From contig CM022670.1 in assembly GCA_012295275.1 (NCBI GenBank), positions 36,766,001 through 36,830,000 of the forward strand: DNA of 64,000 bases, given 5' to 3'. The DNA is from Chrysomallon squamiferum. Its lineage: Eukaryota; Animalia; Mollusca. The notes below the pieces were generated by a model. It made no database searches, was not told the origin of the DNA, and saw only the letters and a program-made list of their open reading frames with translations. Positions 55,001-64,000 of this stretch are shown piece by piece; position 1 is the first letter of the stretch, and the number at the start of each line of letters is the position of its first letter. The position numbers and the translations under genes are program-made.

Positions 55001-56362
55001 CAACAACATTAGAAATATCCTTGTAATAATAATAAAACAAAATAATAATACAAAAAAAAAAATAATAATAATAAAAATAAAAAAGTCTTTCAAATTAAAA
55101 TCTTTCAGAAAAGATAAGTAAATTTTGAACAGATTTTAATAAATTTAGAATTTGTGTTATTAGTACAATTCTGTGTATGACATCTAAGTCTGAATGTTTA
55201 TACAGAGCATCAAAACTGCTTCAGTTTAAAAAGCATGGTTCAAAATCCATTATTATTGTGAATAAACAACAGATGGTGTTATTTTGTTTATTAAATAGGA
55301 GTTAAATATTATTGATATTTTTCTTCGGTCAAAGATTACTTCAAGAGAAAACGAATACATTGCTTATAATAATTAAAATATCAACACAGATTTCTTATCA
55401 AATGTGGATTTCACTAGTGAGATCAAATAAATATGAAACTTTTATAAGATTTTTAATAACAAGAATCTTGTTTTAGTTATTGAACCAAGAAGAGTGAAAT
55501 ACTTGAACATTCAATCTAAAATTCTCATTTCAAAAATTTAAAAATTAATAATAATAAATAAATAAATAAATAAATAAATAAAAATAAAAAAAATAAATAT
55601 ATAACAAAATTAACAAATAAAATTTCTTCCTTGTTCCAAACCTGAAAATGGATATTTTGTTAATCTCAAAAACACATCAACTATTTAATCAAATAAAACA
55701 GCTTACCAGTTTCGAAAAAATCAGCCAAAATTTTTATAATTAAATCCACTATTTAACTAAGGATGAACCAGTAAATGAAAGATAGCCATGCAGATACATG
55801 CCTTTCTCAACATCATTATCATTTTGTATACATTAATTTACATAAAGTGGGATTATGTTGAATAATATCATTTAATAAGAATGGACCAGTCCTGCATCAC
55901 TGACTGATTTGAAAATGCACATTATTGAAAATGTAGAAAATAACAAACAAAACAAAAAACAAAAAAAAAGACTGTGTTAGTTTGAATAAAGTATTCATGA
56001 TGAAAGGAATATTGTTAATGCATTTTAAACTTATGTTATTCAAATGATCATGGACCATGCAGGTAATGAGAAATGAATTTTGGAAAGCAGCTTATTTTTC
56101 AGTTTACAGCAAGGAATAGTCAAAATATTTAATATAAATTTATTTAAGTCAAATACTTAAAATGAAATATATTTGGAGTTACATGAACAAAATCATTGTC
56201 AGTATTCTGTTTTTATATTAAATCTTGTTCTTGATGTGCGTACAATTATTAATGATTTTGTGTATGTGTATGTGTGTGTGTCTGACTACAATATTATATA
56301 ACTGGGCACCGAATAATATCCTGTTTTTCTATTATTATTTTTATTATTATTGTTATTATTAC

Positions 56363-56414
<52 letters not shown>

Positions 56415-58021
56415 TTTAATTTTTTTAAATAAATATTATACTACAAAAACTATGTGTCTGTTTTTGATGAGTATATGCTGTCAGAGATATTTCTTGCTTG
56501 CCAACAGTTGACAGTGCACAGATTTCACAAATCTGTAAGCACATGCCAGTGTCTTGCTCACATAGATAATAACAATGATAATGGTTCTGTCATCTTTAGT
56601 TAACAGTTAGTTACAAAAATATCCGGTCAATGAAATAATCCTTTTTAGCACAGCCAGCACAGAGTAAAACAATTTCTGAACAATGTGAATACTTTTACAA
56701 CCGATTTCGTGTAACTTTACACTCCTTGGTTAGATTTCTATTTTTTAAATAAACATGCACATACATGCAGAAGGGTATATGTATATTGTTTTAAATGAAA
56801 ATTAGATTCAAATAATACTGAGTGTGTATTTTGTTTGGTATTTAGTATCTGTTTTGAATATTTCTTATAAGAAATAATTTAAAACACTAATGACAAGGTC
56901 ATTTGTATTCAGGAATGCTGAATAAGGAACTTTGAAGGACATATATAAGTAAGATAAGATTTAAAAAAAAACAAAAAAAAACAAACAACCCTTAATTAAT
57001 AAAAATAGTTATATGAAATAAATATATCATTATAAACATGATTTGGGAATTTAGTATAAGGAAAAAGTCTTGAATGTATCATCACAGTATGCATGGTGTA
57101 ATTTTTAAGCTTATTGATTAGGCTAGATTAAAGAAATGGGGTCTTTTTAAGCTTATTGATTAGGCTAGATTAAAGAAAGCGGCTTCATATTGTTCAAGGA
57201 TGATGACTTGTTACACTTATTAATTAACATTAAAATCAAAGAACATTAAGAAATTAACTCAGACAAAATGTTTTTAATCTATCTTTCATAATGTTAATTA
57301 AAAATTGTGAGGTTTTTTTTCTGTGACTTTTTTACCTGTGATTTTTTTTTCTGTGACTTTTTTATCTGTGTTTATTTTCTTTGACATTTTTTCCTGTGAT
57401 TTTTTTTCCTAGAATCGCTTATTCCAGTCATTAATCTGAATAATTTTATTAACTTGCTTTCTGGACTGACTGTACTTCCTACTATAACACATAAAACAAT
57501 AATGAATACGTCACATTTAAATATTTTTATTTAAAACAGGAAGACACAAATAGGCTTCACATAGACACAAAACTCTGTGTAGGCTGTGTTTCATTCACTG
57601 ATGTAGAGGAATTGCCTGGTGACTGTGAGTGACTGGCGCAAACAGCCGATGGTATTGACACAAGTCACACTGTGTTATAGTTAGCAATGACCTTCTCTTA
57701 TTGATCACTCACTTCTCATTACACACAGGCTATTGTGAGGTATCAGGTACACAGGCAGATGTGTACAGTGGAAATTACTCACCAATATCATACCACTTAC
57801 AGAATATATATATAAATTTACTATGTACATGCACGTACATACATAGATACACACATGTAAACACATGCAGAAAGACCCCTCCACTCACACAGTCAGAAAC
57901 ACATAGAAACATAGACCAACACACCCACCCACCCACACACACACACAGACATATACACACACACACAAACACACACTGAAACAGCTCTAGACAAAACACA
58001 TACAGACACACACACACACAA

Positions 58022-58065
<44 letters not shown>

Positions 58066-59643
58066 CACACTCGCACACACACAAACACACACTGAAACAG
58101 CTCTAGACAAAACACATACAGACACACACACACACACAATTATATGCAGACAATTAAACACATAAAAATACATATGACCACACACCAAACCACACCAGAC
58201 TGTATAACACTGAGATATCATGCAAAACATATTACACCCAACCTCTCAAGCAACAGTAACTAAATTATCTCTTCTTTCGTACAGTGACATATTAGTCACA
58301 CAGAGAGAGTAAACAAGTTATTCAACATCCTGGTGAAATAACCTCAATAACACCTTTGTAGCAGGTTTAGTTATTTTTTCATCTATAAATCAGGTCTTGT
58401 TATTGAATGTGTATAAAATTTGTTAACATGGCTTTAATGAGAATTTGGAGAGACACTCATCAAAGCATGTAGGCACCTGCACACACACACATCTTTTTGT
58501 CTTACATTAAATGATTTATTAAAAAATTTAAAAAATTAAAAAGCAAAAGACTTACTCTTTAACTGAAAAAAGTTCTAGAAATTATGATCATGATATATAC
58601 ATGTTTAGATTTTATTATTAGTTTCTTTAATTTATTTTTTTTTTTATCACTCAGTAGCTTCCACTGGTACCTAATATAATCAGTGGCTTAATTAAGTAAT
58701 TCAGGATCTTTAAATTAAATCAGTTTAAAAAAAAAATAATAATAATAATTAGTATGTGTGTGTGATTTAACTGTTATGGTATTAAATCCAAATCTAATCT
58801 AATTTAGCTGTTTTGAAAGCAGTGTTAGGCTATCTAATTCAGTATGACAGATCAATTATTTATAAACCTTGACCTCAATCAAAATAAACATGACTTTGTT
58901 AATACAGATAATGAGAACTGAACACTGTATTTAAGACATGAAATAAAAAAAAATATAAATAATTAATTTATAAATTTGATATATGATATAAATCAATATT
59001 ATTTGCTCCATGTAGATCAGAATGAATTTTATTTATTTGTGATGTGTAACAATGTGACATGACACAGTATGACATTGTGGCATAACATAATGTAATGTAA
59101 TGTAATATAAAATAAGCACCCTTGAACTTATTTAGTATGGAAACAGTGCTGTATAAATATGGTATATAATATTAATAATAAAAGTAAAACTGGTATTTCT
59201 GTTTGATTTATTGACTTGATTACGATAAAAAATTCAATATCCTTTCCCCTGGAGACTTAGAATCTGTTTTACTGTTTCATTTTTTATTAATATTTGAAAT
59301 TAGTAATATAGATATTAAGATATTAAGGTGAGATCATCAGATGAACAATTAATGCTTACTATGGCTGCTTGTATTACATAATAGTTTAATAAAACAAAAC
59401 ATAATGATCAGAAAAAACAATTGTTATAACTAGTTTGGTTTTGGTTTGAGTGCATGTGATGGGAGGTATAAAAATTTATATTGCAAAGAAAAGACAAAGT
59501 AAAAATAGCAACATAATTGTTCTTTCATGATTAAGCACACACACACACACAAACACACACAAACACACAAACAAACTAATATAATTTACTTTTTCTCTTT
59601 CTCCTATCTACCCCATCCACACAGAGACATACAAATGTATTAG

Positions 59644-59720
<77 letters not shown>

Positions 59721-62403
59721 CATACATAATTTAAAACCTTTAAAAAATGTTATAATTAATATTATCAGAGTATAATACAGATATCTTATGGACAGTTTTA
59801 TCAGAACAGTAGGAAACAGAATAATAAGCTACTTCCTTAATCTGCCCATCAATAAATACACTCACCATGTATCTAATAATCTGTGGTAATCAGGCAGAAT
59901 ATTTAAAATATTTTAGAATACAGTAAAATTTGGAGATAACTGAGGGGAAAAATTATTATATTTAAAACAATAAGAAACAGAAAACAATAACTAGAAATCC
60001 TTTCATATGGATTATGGATATTTAACAATTTAATATAAAAAAATAAATAAAAATAAAAATACAAATATTATTTCAAATATAATCTTTTGACAAGGATTTT
60101 GAATATATAAAATAACACTAATAATAATAATAATGATATTTTAAAAATAATAATTAAAATAATTAAATATAACATTTTCTTTGAGATTATATAAAACTAA
60201 GTAATGAACATTACTATGTATATTTGTACTACAAAAAAACTTTTTTTTTCTATTAAAAATGCATCACAGTAAGAAATATATTGCCATAACTAAAAAATGT
60301 ATTATAAAATTTTTTAAAATGTGTCATCCTCTACACTTGAAACAACTTTCAACTTTAGATCTCAAGTTAATTTATCAGCTCAATGAAAAAAAATGTCTGT
60401 GTGACCTTATATAAAACATCATTAAAACTCAGTGTTGTGTTTATCCCACTGTTTCAGGTATCAGGAAGTTAAACAGGTATGACCTCATGCAGATTTTAAT
60501 GCATTTATTTACATTCCTGTAGGCAGCACTTAGCAAAGCCACCAGTTAAACAGTTATAAATCTTTTTATTTTATTCTCACAAACACATTGAAAATATTCT
60601 GTTCTTGTTACCAGAAAGGACCATTTCTCTACATTGTTATTCAAGGTTTTTAAATTGTATTTATTGGAATATGAGCTAAAAATATAAAACATTAAGAAAT
60701 TATATATTGTGTGTAGATATATATATATATATAATAATGTGTTTATGAGTATATATGTATGTGTGTATGTGTGAGTACAGGTGTCGGTGTGTGTATGTGT
60801 GTGTATATTTGTTACAGGTATTTAATATACTGTTTTATATAGAGTGTAATTATTTCAAATTAATAAAAGAATATTTAACAACACAACAGCATGAAGTATA
60901 CTTTTTCAGGATTTTTTTAAAGTTAATTCTGTTTAATTATTTTTTTTCTAAAAGGGAAACAGATTAAATTTATTTAAAACAAAATTAAAATAAATACCAC
61001 TATCTAAAATATTGTCCTTTATTCATTATTTAAGTATCAAGTGTGTTTAATAATTATTATCCTAACCTCTTTCTCTCTGGGACAAACTGACATACATACT
61101 CATGCATACAAAATATGTTATATAATATCAGTTTTTAATCATGAGTCATTTCATTTGAGAAAATTTCTTAATCCTGGGGAATGGAAAAGTTTTGAAAGTT
61201 TTTTTTTCCTTGTTTCAAACAATCACTTTTTATAAACCTAACTTCATTTCAATTGGGATTAACAGGAAATGCTATATCCTGGTTATTTAAAATTTTACTT
61301 AAATAAAAATAAAAAAATAAAAAATATAATCATCAAACAAGCACTCAGCTTTATTATTATTTTTTTACAAATGATGTAAAACAAAAAGGAAAAAGTTTTA
61401 AAAAATAAAACAAGAAAATTAGAAAAACAAAATATGGCTGCTGAAGTCAACATGTATCTGATGGCAGCTCAGGTTAATTTGACTTTTTGTTCATCCTTGA
61501 TAATGTCTAAATGGGATGGTAACTCAGTCTGACTAGAATATTTTAAAATGGGAAAAGTGCAAAACAACTCTAATTGTTGTTTAAATTCTTTACAGTAATC
61601 TATAAACCAATAATCTATTTATAAATAACAATTTTTAATTTGTCCTAGAAGATATAACATGTATTTTAGTGTGCCATAAAATAAATGAAACTGATTTACA
61701 ATGACTATATTTATATAATTAATAATTTCTAATGATCTTTGTACTTAACTGTACAAGTCCCCTAAAAAAAACCAAAAAAAACCTAACAAACAAGAAGAAG
61801 AACAAAAAACATTTCTCAAATGTCATCTGTAAAATAAATAAATAAATAAATTTAAATGAAAATAATTCTTGGGACTTGGAAAGATGAAAAAAGTTAAAAA
61901 TAAAGGAAATGAAAGCACAAAGAACAGAAAAAAAAGAAAAGACAGACAAAAAAAGAAAAACAATGACTTTAAGTAAGAAATTATTAATAATATAATTAAT
62001 TACCTGTTCTGCTAGAAGAGTAGCCAAATCAGAATCTGATGTAGAAAGACTGTTCAGTTTCTTAATCAGTGGATGGCTGAAAGTAAAATGAATACCAATA
62101 TCAATACAAATATATTCACTTTCACTGTGTTTTTTCCTTTTTTCTTTATTTTTTTTCTTTAACAGGTATCCTTAAGATAAAAAAAAAAAAAAAAAATGAC
62201 TGAGCAGATAAAAAGCATTCAAAAATAAAAATAAAAAACTATTTTCAATTTTAAACCAGTAACTGATTGTGTCGTTGCTCAATATTGTATATATATTTGA
62301 CTGTTTTATAAGAATTCCTGTGTACTTTTTAACTGAATTAATTTCTACATATAATTTAATTAAAACCTGTGATGTCTAGTTTAAAAATAAATAAATAAAC
62401 AGA

Positions 62404-62445
<42 letters not shown>

Positions 62446-62483
62446 TATTATTTTATAATATATTACTATTTTTACTATTTTTA

Positions 62484-62517
<34 letters not shown>

Positions 62518-63433
62518 AAAATCCAAAAACTATCTAAAACAAAGTGTTGTGTTAAAATGCAAGCTGTTATTTAAATGTTCACAACAAGGTTTTAAAAGAC
62601 ACGACGTACCTTGGATTCAGTTCTAACGTAGGCTGTAGCAGTCTGTATTTTTCTTCAGGACTTTTGTCAGCCAGTGATGTACGGAGAAATGTCGAGCTGG
62701 AGCCCATTTCTACCACAGTAACGAGACACGGGTGACTGTGCAGTCTCTGGGTGATCTGAGAATCAATCAATCAATCAATCAATAGAATAGCTGACTGAAG
62801 CAGGTTCAAAAACTTGTTTTGTACCTGCTGCACGATTGTCATATTGTCAATTGTTTAAAGAGAAGAAATGTAAAAATGGTCTTTTAACTCAAATTTACTC
62901 TGGGTGGAGATTCTGATAACCGTCTACAGTTAACTTATCTGAATTTATTTAAACAGTTATAATAATTCATCCATTTTACATCTCTTATTTTCTTGTTATT
63001 ACTTATAAGCAAATCCGATTAATAATAATAATTAAAATTTAATATTTTTAAAACATGTAAGGAGATCTTAGTAAAATGTTGATTTTAAAATTTTATAAAT
63101 AAAAATAAAATTTCTGTTCTATTCATTTATTAAAATTTAAATAATCATTTCAGATATGCTTCTGAGTTAAAAATCACTTACAACAAAGACAAGGTGACAT
63201 AATTATTTGATTTCATTTAGTTAAAAGTAATAAGTTGTTTAAACTTTCATTTATAGTTTCAAAAGGTGACATAATTATTTGATTTCATTTAGTTTAAAAG
63301 TAATAAGTTTTGGCTAATAAAATCTTGCAGTCGTAACGGAAACTTACTTTAATTTTATTAACCTTGCCTCCCAAAACCCCTTTCATCCATTCCATGAGTC
63401 CAGTGATATCGGACTGCGACAGACTGTTTTCAT
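46026..63433 (-). CDS. TRAP1: Mitochondrial HSP90 (TRAP1/HSP75), last four coding exons; 5' part lies beyond the window
   Basis: Exons 63348-63433, 62610-62755, 62004-62076, 46026-46127 splice in phase to ...[35 protein letters not shown]...[18 protein letters not shown]...[37 protein letters not shown], the HSP90 C-terminal domain without MEEVD or an ER retention signal. Confidence 0.95.
48177..48537 (+). repeat. Dispersed near-identical copy of ATP6V0C intron 1 segment 41858-42201
   Basis: TTTACCTTAGTTAAAGACGTTCAACAAAGTG...GTGATTATGTTATATATTTTTATATTTAT; a handful of substitutions and a longer (TA)n. Confidence 0.95.
48815..49130. repeat. Degenerate ~55-bp minisatellite
   Basis: CATTC.TA.AGAAAATGAAATGATAAAAACACACCATATGGAACACAAC.CAG recurs ~5 times. 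Confidence 0.8.
54505..54802. repeat. Near-perfect tandem duplication, 147 bp x2
   Basis: TTTCATTCCTAGTAAAATCACTTCTGTTTGC..CCAGATATTTATAATAATTAT at 54511 and 54658. Confidence 0.95.
56328..56414. repeat. (TAT)n microsatellite
   Basis: Directly visible. Confidence 0.95.
57102..57178. repeat. 35-bp direct repeat x2
   Basis: TTTTTAAGCTTATTGATTAGGCTAGATTAAAGAAA twice. Confidence 0.9.
57305..57418. repeat. ~15-bp tandem array (CTGTGACTTTTTTTT-like) ending CCTAGAATC
   Basis: About 7 units visible; layout reminiscent of non-autonomous Helentron-type elements (unverified). Confidence 0.7.
57915..58140. repeat. (CA)n tract with duplicated spacer CTGAAACAGCTCTAGACAAAACACATACAG
   Basis: Spacer at ~57976 and ~58092. 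Confidence 0.9.
62004..62076 (-). CDS. TRAP1: TRAP1 exon n-1
   Basis: [24 protein letters not shown]; TTTCAG acceptor, GTAATT donor. Confidence 0.92.
62610..62755 (-). CDS. TRAP1: TRAP1 exon n-2
   Basis: [48 protein letters not shown]. Confidence 0.94.
63191..63309. repeat. 46-bp direct repeat x2 in a TRAP1 intron
   Basis: AAGGTGACATAATTATTTGATTTCATTTAGTT(T)AAAAGTAATAAGTT twice. Confidence 0.9.
63348..63433 (-). CDS. TRAP1: TRAP1 exon n-3
   Basis: [28 protein letters not shown]; donor GTAAGT. Confidence 0.9.
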
Positions 63434-64000
63434 CTGTTACACAACAAGTGTAATAATTAACAATATTTCAGACAGATATTTGAGATAACAACATGCTAAA
63501 CATAAAAAAAAATATATATTATTAAACATTAATATCTGTAAAACCTTTTAAATGAATGAGGTGAAGTATATTCTGGGGTAGTGACATCTTAAAGAATTTT
63601 TTTTTTTAAATGCCGTCAAAAGTCTCACAAAAAAAAAAAAAAAAATTAAATAATAACCATGATTTATCAAATGTTTTTTAGAAGAAATTTATGATTGCTT
63701 AGATATCAAACACATTTGTTTAAGTCTTTTATTCAGATTAATAAAAAAAATGTTTTTTGTTTGGTGATACAAGTAGTTCCTTTAAAAGCAGACATTATTT
63801 AGATATGTAGATATATAGATATGTAAAAGCAAAGAATTATTTTCTTTTTCTTTCTTTGTATAATTATTGCATTTTAATGTTAATCAGTTTTATCATTTTA
63901 TGTAAAAAAAATTAAAATCTTTATATATATATATATATATACATATAGTACTATAATTAACTGAACATACATACATATTATATATATTCTCAGTTATAAT

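Noticed and set aside
62166-62173. Plus-strand GTATCCTT U12-like donors (also ~8977 and ~52974)
   Set aside because: Not at any supported exon boundary; roughly two such 8-mers are expected by chance at this base composition.

Overview
Very AT-rich, microsatellite-dense eukaryotic (metazoan) genomic DNA; decayed SINE-like fragments suggest a mollusc, probably a gastropod (low confidence). Three spliced genes can be rebuilt by hand. (1) A complete 19-coding-exon PWP2/UTP1 (minus, 28635-41345, 917 aa) whose intron 6 carries U12 minor-spliceosome signals. (2) A complete 3-exon V-ATPase proteolipid c subunit, ATP6V0C (plus, 41659-42890, 156 aa), head-to-head with PWP2 across 313 bp holding E-box/M-box, CCAAT and YY1 motifs. 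(3) The last four exons of mitochondrial HSP90 TRAP1 (minus, 46026-63433), with a ~15.9 kb final intron that contains a near-identical copy of most of ATP6V0C intron 1 and a candidate 15-nt microexon. The first 28 kb has no recognisable protein domain but holds minisatellites, foldback hairpins and candidate phase-0 alternative first exons of a minus-strand gene that would run off the left end. Most supplied ORFs are microsatellite artefacts. I found no clearly new biological system; the best leads are splicing and regulatory features.
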